Below, piece after piece: positions 19,535 to 27,437 of a DNA stretch of 64,000 nt. Every line of letters begins with the position of its first letter. Within the stretch, counting starts at the first letter, position 1. The stretch is taken from the NCBI GenBank assembly GCA_964414145.1, contig CAYPVH010000006.1, positions 16,357-80,356 of the forward strand, given 5' to 3'. The notes under the pieces are model-generated. The model saw only the letters and a list, made by a program, of their open reading frames with translations. It was not told the DNA's origin and did no database searches. The stretch is from an uncultured Gammaproteobacteria bacterium. GTDB lineage: Bacteria; Patescibacteriota; Microgenomatia; UBA1406. Both the position numbers and the translations under genes were made by a program.

Positions 19535-20157
19535 CAAACAAGTCTATATTCAGCAAATTCAAGTTAACAACTAAGGAAAAAGTAATTCTTACATATCTTA
19601 AAATTGAAGAAAAAAATAAGATTGTTAATCCGTATGAATTTAATATGTTAGCAGGAATTAAATCAAAAGAAGAAAAAATATCGTTTAAAAAGTGGGTTGT
19701 TGTACTAAGATATTTATTAGAGAATGATTCGACTGCAATAACATACTTCTACAAAATCTTATATCTTCACAATGTTTTACAAATAAAAAGTCAAAACAAA
19801 TCGATTACAGAGGGTATGAAAGATGCATATAAAGGATTTTTTCTTTCAGTTGCTATTTCATATTCACTCTCGCTTCTTTTTAAACGCTTAATTAATTTGA
19901 AAACATCAAAATTAATAATAGCAGTTAGGCCACTTGATGAAGGTAAGCTAGATATATCAAAAAACAAAACAAGGTTCTATAAAGAATATATTAATTATCA
20001 AAATAATATTTCAAATAGTGTTATAGATGTACTTGGAGATATTTCATATAAGTTAGAAAAGTATGAGTATATATCTGAGGCTTTAATATGCAGGTATGCA
20101 GATGAGACAATAGACTATTTAAACAGTTATGTTTTACCCTTTACAAAAAAACCTTAA
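19531..20157 (+). CDS. Hypothetical protein
   Basis: 208 aa ORF translationally coupled to the upstream gene. Confidence 0.4.
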   Translation: MTNKSIFSKFKLTTKEKVILTYLKIEEKNKIVNPYEFNMLAGIKSKEEKISFKKWVVVLRYLLENDSTAITYFYKILYLHNVLQIKSQNKSITEGMKDAYKGFFLSVAISYSLSLLFKRLINLKTSKLIIAVRPLDEGKLDISKNKTRFYKEYINYQNNISNSVIDVLGDISYKLEKYEYISEALICRYADETIDYLNSYVLPFTKKP

Positions 20158-20366
20158 ACCAAGTCTCGTACCTTTACCTTAAGTTTTTTTGCAATTCTAT
20201 TTAATAAAGGAAGTGAGGGGTTGTTTCTTCCTTGTTCAATATACCCCATATACACCCGGCTAATACCAACCATGTCTGCAAGCTCTTCTTGTGATAATTT
20301 ACGCTCAAGTCTGTATTTCTGAATTTTGTTACCGACTTTTTTAGCAACACGGCCAAGTTTACCCAT
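20154..20366 (-). CDS. XRE-family helix-turn-helix transcriptional regulator
   Basis: LSQEELADMVGISRVYMGYIEQGRNNPSLPLLNRIAKKL, a canonical HTH_3 domain; 70 aa. Confidence 0.8.
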   Translation of the reverse strand: MGKLGRVAKKVGNKIQKYRLERKLSQEELADMVGISRVYMGYIEQGRNNPSLPLLNRIAKKLKVKVRDLV

Positions 20367-20507
20367 ATTGGCATTATCGTTAGAGAAGGTGAATATATCT
20401 ACTAAGCAACACTTAGCAGTGTGTTTAGTATTGGCCTTGCAATTAACCTATTCATAATTTATTATTGTCATCAGAAATACTCTAATTTAGACTTAGCAAG
20501 AAAGGAG

Positions 20508-20980
20508 ATGAAAAGAAACTGAAAAAACTACTTAAATGGGGAGGTATAGCTTTAGTTGTGATTATTGTTATAGGTGCTGTTGCAGGTGGTGGTTCAAGTT
20601 CTACTCCCAACTCAAATACTCAGGAGGTGAAGAAAGAAAGTTCAAATACTGAGACAGAGAAAGAAGTAGCTAAAGAACCTGAAGAAATATCTGTACAAGA
20701 ACTTGCAGATGACTTTGACGGCAATCAAGTTGCAGCAGAGTCAAAATGGGGAGGAAAATTTGTAAAGTTTAGTGCTGAAATATCTAATATTACTGATACA
20801 GGTATATCCTTTACCGATGTAGCCACAAAAGATTTTTCAATGACTCAAATTAGTTGCAAGATAAAGGATAAGAATCAGCTTATGCCTCTAAAGAACGGCG
20901 AGACAGTTACAGTAAAAGGTGTTATTGGTGATCAAATGATCGGTGTAATAGAACTAAAGGAATGCGAGGTTGTTAATTAA
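20508..20980 (+). CDS. Small membrane-anchored/secreted protein; start region ambiguous
   Basis: ORF track begins at GTG 20558, but a strong RBS AAAGGAG plus ATG at 20508 sits one frame off, just upstream of an A6 run. If corrected, this gives MKRN..KKLLKWGGIALVVIIVIGAVAGGGSSS (TM anchor followed by a Ser/Thr-rich linker). Confidence 0.45.
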
Positions 20981-21000
20981 TGTAAAGACAGTCTTGTGAA

Positions 21001-21033
21001 AAACCGCTCTATAGAAGAGCGGTTTTTCTTCTG
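21001..21033. terminator. Bidirectional rho-independent terminator between convergent genes
   Basis: aaAACCGCTCTatagaaGAGCGGTTtttcttct. Confidence 0.6.
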
Positions 21034-21037
21034 TTTA

Positions 21038-21454
21038 CTACTCACTTATATTTTCATACCGTCCATCTTCATAAGGTGGGTAACAAATCTCATAAGCGGT
21101 TAAACTTGAATCATCATCTGCAAACCATTGCATTGTCTCGTCTATATTAACAATAACACTTATTGGTCTACCATCTGCTATATAAACTGTTTTTCCATTT
21201 ATCTCCAGTCTACCTTTTCCAGAAATATATCCTTCTATTGTTTTATTTCCCTTTAATACTCTCTGGAGTGGAGTATGTTTGCCAGGCGAGATACGAATAA
21301 TACCTAAGTCTCTGCTATTATCTCCTACAAATCTATAAACATCACATTCAACACCATCTATTACTTGAATTGTCTCTATAAATTCTACTGGCAATTCTTG
21401 GCCTTCAAATAGAAATACTTCTATTGGTTTAAATGGAGCTTTTTCTGCTGTCAT
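21038..21454 (-). CDS. Hypothetical small beta-rich protein
   Basis: 138 aa ORF with good start context; no recognisable motif. Confidence 0.4.
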   Translation of the reverse strand: MTAEKAPFKPIEVFLFEGQELPVEFIETIQVIDGVECDVYRFVGDNSRDLGIIRISPGKHTPLQRVLKGNKTIEGYISGKGRLEINGKTVYIADGRPISVIVNIDETMQWFADDDSSLTAYEICYPPYEDGRYENISE

Positions 21455-21556
21455 AAACTTAATTTATCAAATAGTAAGCAATAATACTAACCCAATATAA
21501 TTGAGCAACCAAAATGCATGATATAATATATTGTAGAAGCAAATTTTAAGCATTTA

Positions 21557-21587
21557 TAGCTCCGCTTTTAAGCGGGGCTTTTTTTAA
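21557..21587 (+). terminator. Orphan hairpin plus T-run (terminator-like), not after any called + strand gene
   Basis: aGCTCCGCTTttaAGCGGGGCttttttt; followed by RBS AAAGGAG plus a 52-aa ORF (21615-21773). Confidence 0.4.
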
Positions 21588-22056
21588 TAATTAAATATAA
21601 AGGAGATGAGAAAAATGAAGAAAAATAAAATAGACAGTGAAATTAAAACAAGTTCTTATTTTAAAGAGACAGAAGCATTATTTAATAAGATAGTTATAGC
21701 AGTAAATTCATTAGAGGAAAGAGTAAATATACTAGAATGTAGAGATGAACAAATCCAAGAGCAGGATAAATAAGAAAAAAGTAAATATTCGTAGCAATCT
21801 AAATTCTAACAGACTATATGAGATTGCTACGAATTATTTTGAATATATAAAGTTCTTCATCACTTGACTTCCCAAACCCTTCCGGTATTCTTGGGTTAAA
21901 TGAATGATTACAGTAATCTAAATAAGCATAAGAAGCAATTAATAAAGCTAATAAAAAGATGTGAAAACTACTTCTATAAGTACCTACTTACAGAAGACAA
22001 GGAATACATAGATAAGTTCTTTGCTATATCTGGAAAACTAAAGAGGATAATCCAAT

Positions 22057-23367
22057 ATGATAAACGGAAACAATAACATAAATTACTGTCTTTATGCCAG
22101 AAAGTCATCTGAATCAGATGAAAGACAAGCGATGAGTATAGATGGACAGCTAAAAGAAATGTACTATGTTGCCAAAAAAGAGAAACTAAATATATCAGAT
22201 GTTATTACAGAAAGTCACTCTGCGAAAGAGTCAGGTGAAAGACCAGGCTTTAATCAGTTAATAACAAAAATCACAAAAGGAGATTTTAATGCAGTCCTTA
22301 CTTGGGCACCTGACCGATTAAGCAGAAATGCGGGTGACTTAGGAAGAATAGTGGACCTAATGGATCAACAAAAGTTAGTTCAGATAAGAACTCACTCCCA
22401 ATCATTTAGTAATAATCCTAATGAAAAGTTCCTGCTTATGATTCTCTGTTCTCAAGCCAAACTAGAGAATGATAATAGGGGAATAAATGTTAAACGTGGA
22501 CTCAGAAGTAAATGCGAAGCAGGTATCCGTCCGGGTGTAGCTCCTGTTGGATATATAAATGTACATAAAGAAAATAGAATAGCAACTATTGATATTGATA
22601 AAGAAAGAGCAATGATTATTAAGGAAATGTTTAAGAAAGTTGCAAATCAAGGATATTCCGGACGAATGGTAAAGAAATGGTTAGATAATCTTGGTTTTAG
22701 AACAAAGGGTGGATACAGAATTGCTTTAAGCAAAGTATATACAATACTAAAGAATCCCTTTTACTATGGAGAATTCAAATATGGCGGTAAATGGTATCAA
22801 GGAATTCATGAGCCACTAATTACAAGAAGCCTGTTTGACAAAGTACAGATAGAACTTGAAATAACCCCAAGACAATGGAATAAACAGACATTTCCCTTCA
22901 AAAAACTATGTAAATGTGGCAGCTGTGGTGGTAGTGTAACAGCAGAGATTAAGTACAGAAGAACAAAGAATGGAAAGATTAATACTCATATATATTATCA
23001 CTGCAATAGAATTAAAAAGTATGATTGTAAAGAACCGTATATTAGAGAGGAAGACCTTATTAAACAACTAATATCTTATTTACCTAAACTTAAACTAGAT
23101 ATTAATTACTTATACAGAGAATTTGAAGTAGAAATAAAAAGACTGCAACATTTAAAAGCAACAGTTATTGATAAATATAATCCCTACAATATTCAACTCA
23201 CTCCACATAATACGAGTAGTAACAAAATGAATCTATCTAAAACTGATGTAGTGAAAGACTATGTTTTACACGTTTTAACATATGGTACACCTGAGGAGAG
23301 ATTGAAAATATTGAAAGGAGTGAAAACTAGGTTTTTGCTCTCAAAGAGAAGTCTTAAGACTATCTAA
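22057..23367 (+). CDS. Large serine recombinase (resolvase/invertase-type catalytic domain plus recombinase/Zn-ribbon extension)
   Basis: N-terminal CLYARKSSESDERQAMSIDGQ matches the YAR(V/K)S..Q catalytic-serine motif; 436 aa; Cys cluster CKCGSCGG..YHCNR in the C-terminal region. Confidence 0.75.
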   Translation: MINGNNNINYCLYARKSSESDERQAMSIDGQLKEMYYVAKKEKLNISDVITESHSAKESGERPGFNQLITKITKGDFNAVLTWAPDRLSRNAGDLGRIVDLMDQQKLVQIRTHSQSFSNNPNEKFLLMILCSQAKLENDNRGINVKRGLRSKCEAGIRPGVAPVGYINVHKENRIATIDIDKERAMIIKEMFKKVANQGYSGRMVKKWLDNLGFRTKGGYRIALSKVYTILKNPFYYGEFKYGGKWYQGIHEPLITRSLFDKVQIELEITPRQWNKQTFPFKKLCKCGSCGGSVTAEIKYRRTKNGKINTHIYYHCNRIKKYDCKEPYIREEDLIKQLISYLPKLKLDINYLYREFEVEIKRLQHLKATVIDKYNPYNIQLTPHNTSSNKMNLSKTDVVKDYVLHVLTYGTPEERLKILKGVKTRFLLSKRSLKTI

Positions 23368-23375
23368 GAAAGGTG

Positions 23376-23396
23376 GGGCGGCCTGTGGCCGCCCCT
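23376..23396. repeat. Perfect GC palindrome GGGGCGGCCtgtGGCCGCCCC immediately after the recombinase stop
   Basis: 9-bp arms, no T-run; at the junction with the GC-rich VOC gene. Confidence 0.4.
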
Positions 23397-23405
23397 GTTA
23401 TTGGA

Positions 23406-23831
23406 TCAACCGACACTGATAAACTCAAGCTTAAAAGTAAGCAGCGCCGGAATCTCCACGAACCACTTGGTTCGCTCCTTGTTGGCAGGCTCAATACGAG
23501 CCGTCATACCTGCGAGACCTGCCCACTTTTCCACTTCGTGCGCCGTCAGGTCGGCATCAAAAACCTTTATTCCGAGATGCGCTCCTGGAAGAATTGCCGG
23601 GTCATCAGGGTGACCCAGCTCTTCTGTAAGCTGTACTCGAACTTTTTGGTTCTTGGGCCTTACGAAACGCGCACATCCCCAATCGCCTTCGACCCTTGAT
23701 TCTGTGTCTTCAATCCAACCTAGATGGTTGGTAAAAAAGAACACAGCACCTCGCATCATTCCGGTTCTGACCAGGAAGGCAGCATGGTCAAGACCGGCGC
23801 CTCCAATGAGGCTCCTCAGACTCTGTGTCAT
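23406..23831 (-). CDS. VOC/glyoxalase-bleomycin-resistance-like protein, GC-rich (foreign composition)
   Basis: 141 aa. Local GC clearly above 50% against a ~33% background, which is why several spurious opposite-strand ORFs are predicted here. Gly/His-rich beta-alpha-beta style sequence (HLGIKV.., HAAFLV) consistent with the VOC fold; assignment tentative. Confidence 0.45.
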   Translation of the reverse strand: MTQSLRSLIGGAGLDHAAFLVRTGMMRGAVFFFTNHLGWIEDTESRVEGDWGCARFVRPKNQKVRVQLTEELGHPDDPAILPGAHLGIKVFDADLTAHEVEKWAGLAGMTARIEPANKERTKWFVEIPALLTFKLEFISVG

Positions 23832-23903
23832 CTGACACCTCCTCGTGATTTGGGTTCTTAACCCTATTTTGATTATACCACAAATATTATAGGCTTATAT
23901 TCT

Positions 23904-24055
23904 TAGAACCAAGCACTATTTCTAAAAGAGTTTTTTATGGAGTTTTTCATTCTCTAGGCCGTAAATAGGCTCTTGAAGGAATTATGCATTTTTCTAGCAA
24001 ACCATAAAAGGCCATAGTAAGCAGGTAGTTGGGTCTTGCGAAACTGTTGATAAAA
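23904..24055 (+). repeat. ~152-bp P arm direct repeat, copy 1
   Basis: tagaacca..tttttatggagtttttcattctcta..gttgataaaa is ~92% identical to 25149-25300; ends at core tgcggag. Confidence 0.7.
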
Positions 24056-24093
24056 TGCGGAGCAGTTGGGTCTAGCACCCTCATGTCCTGATA
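24056..24093 (+). repeat. att-like core plus P' arm, copy 2
   Basis: tgcggag + cagttgggtctagcaccctcatgtcctgata. Confidence 0.6.
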
Positions 24094-24145
24094 GTCTAAA
24101 ACAAATTGAACTCACAAAATTTAATAATCTATAATATTAGCAACA

Positions 24146-25099
24146 ATGCAGGAAGAAATAACAACAACACCCGATAACTTTGATGGAGAATTAGATTCAA
24201 AGAATAATGGTGGTGAGACTCAAAAAAGTGACAAGTTAGCTCCTTCAATTGAAAGGGCAAATAATATTCAAAGATATATTGTTACCAGAAATGGCCAGAT
24301 GGTAGAGGTAACATTTGATCAAATGACACAAGAAGAAAAATCGGTTTTTGATGATTCACCAGAACTTGTTCAATTTGATCAAGACCCTTTAATGAACCCT
24401 AGTGGATTTTTTGATTATTTAAAAGTTAAAAATCCTAATTATAAATACGATGATTTAACTTCGCCTGAGATGATTAGGAAAGCAGTGGAATGGGCTCAAG
24501 AAAAGGGATTTGATCCATCTGAACTATCACCTGCGCAAATTCTGCTTTCGCAAGATTATACGCCAGGAACAAAGACTAAAGCTGAAATCGCACAAGAAGT
24601 TATAGAAGAAAGAGTAGAAAGATTACTATCGAAAAAAAAAGAATTGGCTCATATTCTTGTTCCTACCGGAAATAGATATTTTCATGCAACGCCAGACCTA
24701 GATACTGTTAGAGCTATTTTTAAAGAAGGGCTTTACTGTGATAGTAGATTAGGCCTAGATGGATCTGCAGTTCCTCTTGCTTCTTTGCCAGCTGATTCTG
24801 GTGATGCTTCTAGAGATATGATATTAAATCTCAATGTTAGAAAACTTGCAGAACCACATCGAGGACATAGATATGAAGTTATTATAGATTTACCATCTCT
24901 TACTTCACAACAAATGGCTGATTATGAGTCTAGAGCTGCAAATGGCGAAAATGTATCAACTAGCAGTTATTTTGTTGAAACTAGAGATCATGAAGTTGGG
25001 GGAGAAGGTGCTGTAATAACTTATGATGCAACTCTACCTCCAAAATACTTAAAAGGCTATATTGACCTAAATACAGGAGAATATTATCTTAAAGAATAA
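24146..25099 (+). CDS. Hypothetical acidic protein (cargo of satellite element)
   Basis: 317 aa ORF with good ATG; no recognisable motif. Confidence 0.45.
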   Translation: MQEEITTTPDNFDGELDSKNNGGETQKSDKLAPSIERANNIQRYIVTRNGQMVEVTFDQMTQEEKSVFDDSPELVQFDQDPLMNPSGFFDYLKVKNPNYKYDDLTSPEMIRKAVEWAQEKGFDPSELSPAQILLSQDYTPGTKTKAEIAQEVIEERVERLLSKKKELAHILVPTGNRYFHATPDLDTVRAIFKEGLYCDSRLGLDGSAVPLASLPADSGDASRDMILNLNVRKLAEPHRGHRYEVIIDLPSLTSQQMADYESRAANGENVSTSSYFVETRDHEVGGEGAVITYDATLPPKYLKGYIDLNTGEYYLKE

Positions 25100-25148
25100 G
25101 TTATGACTATTAAGATCGTATAATTTAATTAAAATAACTTTCATACAT

Positions 25149-25300
25149 TAGAACCAGACGCTTTTTCTAAACAAGCTTTTTATGGAGTTTTTCATTCTCT
25201 AAGCTGTAGATAGGCTCTTGAAGGAATTATGCAATTTTCTAGCAAACCATATAAGGCCATAATAAGCAGGTAGTTGGGTCTTGTGAAACCGTTGATAAAA
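25149..25300 (+). repeat. ~152-bp P arm direct repeat, copy 2 (abuts tRNA-Ser 3' end)
   Basis: see 23904-24055. Confidence 0.7.
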
Positions 25301-25303
25301 TGC

Positions 25304-25389
25304 GGAGAGGGTGGGATTCGAACCCACGTTCGGCGTTAACCGAAACACGCTTTCGAGGCGTGCGCAATCGTCCGCTCTGCCACCTCTCC
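25304..25389 (-). tRNA. tRNA-Ser (anticodon CGA)
   Basis: minus-strand read GGAGAGG-TG-GCAGAGCGGAC..-CACGC-CTCGAAA-GCGTG-long variable arm TTTCGGTTAACGCCGAAC-GTGGG-TTCGAAT-CCCAC-CCTCTCC-G. 7-bp acceptor stem, canonical T-loop, anticodon loop CU-CGA-AA; CCA not encoded. Confidence 0.85.
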
Positions 25390-25502
25390 AATTTAGTTGT
25401 CAGTTCTCAGTTGTCAGTTATAAGATATCGGATATCAGATATCAGTTCTCAGATACCAGATATTACATAAATATTATACCTTAAGAATATCGCCTTAATG
25501 AT

Positions 25503-27437
25503 TTATAAAACGTATTTTTTTGTATTGCTTTTGATTATATAGTCAAGTAGTTCACTCAGGCTAATACTAGCGCCACAAACCACCTTGTCGGCGCCACCGT
25601 AATAAAGATAAACTAAGTCCCCTTTTTGCACAAAACCACAGGGGAAAACTACATTATTAACTACCCCTTCTTTTTCAAACCAAGCTTCTGGCTCTAAAAT
25701 TGGGTAAAGGGTACGACCAATAACTTTAGACGGGTCATTTAATTCTAGAAGTAGGGCGCCAACTCGGTAGTGCCGATCTATTTTACTTATGCCATGATAA
25801 AAAACCAACCAACCCTCTGCAGTTTTTATGGGAGGAGTGTTGATGCCTATTTTTACTGCGTCCCAGTAACCGGCGCGCGGGGTAATTATTCCTTCCGAAC
25901 CTAAAAAATGGCCTTCTTCAAATTTTAAATCGGTAACCATGTCAATAACTATGTTTGGCTCTATTCGATGAAAAAAACAGTAGTTGCCATTAATTTTTTC
26001 GGGGAACAGAACGCCATCTTTATCCATAATATTTGGGGGTGAGATGATTTTAGGTGGCGCCCAATTTTGCCAGTTACGATTTAAAAAATCGGGAACGGTA
26101 ATGTGGGTAAAGGCCAGTTGGGCTAATCGGCCATTATGGGCTGTGTAGCACATATAAATAATGTTATCAATTAACGTGAGTCTAGGGTCTTCAGCGCCAT
26201 GGGGTAAACCAGGCTCAGCAGGCAATTCGAAGGTTTCCCGAAGGGGATAAATTGGCTCTGGTAAGCGCTCATCAATATACAAGCCGTCGATACTTATTGC
26301 CAACCCCAGGTGTGAAACGTTATTTTCAGATTGCGTTCGGTAAACAATGTAAACTTTGCCATTTATTTCGACTGCCGCCGGGTTAAAAACAGCTTGGCTT
26401 TCCCAGCTGTTTTGGGGAATTCTTTCCAGAAGCGGATTATTGGGAAACTTATGGCACTTGAGTGTTGCGGCGGTATTTGTTTCCATTTTACTCAGTAAGT
26501 TGGGCAACTTAATACTGGCAACGGCACATACCGAGTCGGCGCCACCGTAGTAAACTTTTAGCTGATTGTTCTCAACCAGCGCCCCTTCTGGAAAAACTAT
26601 GTTTTCTACCTGACCCGTTTTTTCGTAGTCTGTTTGGGGAATAAGTAAGGGGTTTTCTACCCGACCAATAATTTTTTTGGGATCCTGTAAATCCAGCAAA
26701 ACGCCTTCGATACGAAATTCTGTGGGAATATTACTACTTGAATAGTGCTTCATGTATGAATATATGATAAGCCAACCCTGTTCAAGCTTTATAGGAGGCG
26801 CCCCAAATTCTACATGGTCGCTATTGACCCGTTTCAGATTAAAGGTATGCTGGTTTAAATTGGCATACCAGTCTTGCCAAAAAGACTGATCCCACAATGT
26901 TTCTATATTTTTAAATTGAGCAATGGCAGTTGAGGCAAATGGCGTATCGGTGTTTACCGAAAGCATAACTGTATACAAGTCATTTATTTTTTGTGGGAAT
27001 AAACTCATGGCCTTGGCGTTAAAAGGTGTTACCAAATGCTTTTCTTCTACATTTTCAAGGTCGCTGCTTATGGCTAAGGCAACCTTAATACCATGGCTTG
27101 AATGAGGGTAATTGGCTAGCGCGGTATAGAAAATGTAATACTTGTTGTTAATGTAAGTAACCCGCGGATCTTCACAGCCATACCTTTCCCACGAATATTT
27201 TGGTTTAATAAATTGTGTTCGATCTGTAAAGTTATAACCGTCAATACTCTCTGCTTTACCAATTGTTGATAATCTTAATTCTTTTGTATTAATGTTTACC
27301 ACGTTACTCATTGCTCGGTATAACATGGTGTATTTATTGGCTTGCTTAACCACACAACCGTTAAATGTGGCAAAGCCTTCCCAGTCGTTTTGCAAATTTG
27401 GCTTTAAAATTGGGTTTTGAGGGTAACGAATTAGCAT
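25503..27437 (-). CDS. Tandem two-domain GH130-family glycoside phosphorylase/hydrolase-like protein
   Basis: FNPAAVEINGKVYIVYRTQS..LGLAISIDG..GAEDPRLTLIDNIIYMCYTAHNG matches the GH130 (DUF377) signature nPaav..YRa..G.S.DG..EDPR..YmtYta. Present twice in 644 aa. Confidence 0.7.
   Translation of the reverse strand: MLIRYPQNPILKPNLQNDWEGFATFNGCVVKQANKYTMLYRAMSNVVNINTKELRLSTIGKAESIDGYNFTDRTQFIKPKYSWERYGCEDPRVTYINNKYYIFYTALANYPHSSHGIKVALAISSDLENVEEKHLVTPFNAKAMSLFPQKINDLYTVMLSVNTDTPFASTAIAQFKNIETLWDQSFWQDWYANLNQHTFNLKRVNSDHVEFGAPPIKLEQGWLIIYSYMKHYSSSNIPTEFRIEGVLLDLQDPKKIIGRVENPLLIPQTDYEKTGQVENIVFPEGALVENNQLKVYYGGADSVCAVASIKLPNLLSKMETNTAATLKCHKFPNNPLLERIPQNSWESQAVFNPAAVEINGKVYIVYRTQSENNVSHLGLAISIDGLYIDERLPEPIYPLRETFELPAEPGLPHGAEDPRLTLIDNIIYMCYTAHNGRLAQLAFTHITVPDFLNRNWQNWAPPKIISPPNIMDKDGVLFPEKINGNYCFFHRIEPNIVIDMVTDLKFEEGHFLGSEGIITPRAGYWDAVKIGINTPPIKTAEGWLVFYHGISKIDRHYRVGALLLELNDPSKVIGRTLYPILEPEAWFEKEGVVNNVVFPCGFVQKGDLVYLYYGGADKVVCGASISLSELLDYIIKSNTKKYVL

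Larger units (their letters stand above)
24056..25300. mobile_element. 1.25-kb satellite element with both P and P' arms and a single ORF
   Basis: bounded by core copies at 24056 and 25301; contains only ORF 24146-25099 and no recombinase. Confidence 0.45.
4155..25307. mobile_element. Integrated genomic island (tandem integrative elements) abutting the tRNA-Ser 3' end; carries defense modules, serine recombinase and phage-like genes
   Basis: 7-bp core tgcggag found at 4155-4161, 24056-24062 and 25301-25307 (the last overlaps the tRNA 3' end). A ~152-bp arm precedes the core in two of the three copies, and a ~31-bp arm cagttRggtctagcaccc..gtcctgata follows it in two of the three copies. This is the expected chromL-core-P' / P-core-P' / P-core-tRNA pattern of a tandem integration. 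Confidence 0.6.

Noticed and set aside
22057-23367. Tyrosine integrase expectation for a tRNA-integrated island
   Set aside because: No tyrosine-recombinase (R..HxxR..Y) gene was found in the island. The only recombinase is a large serine recombinase, so the integration chemistry is assigned to it, although the long shared arms are atypical for serine integrases. This remains an open point rather than a resolved one.
23373-23835. Three overlapping + strand ORFs (23373-23699, 23401-23613, 23653-23835)
   Set aside because: They lie antisense to, or overlap, the GC-rich VOC gene. High GC suppresses stop codons, so these are almost certainly spurious.
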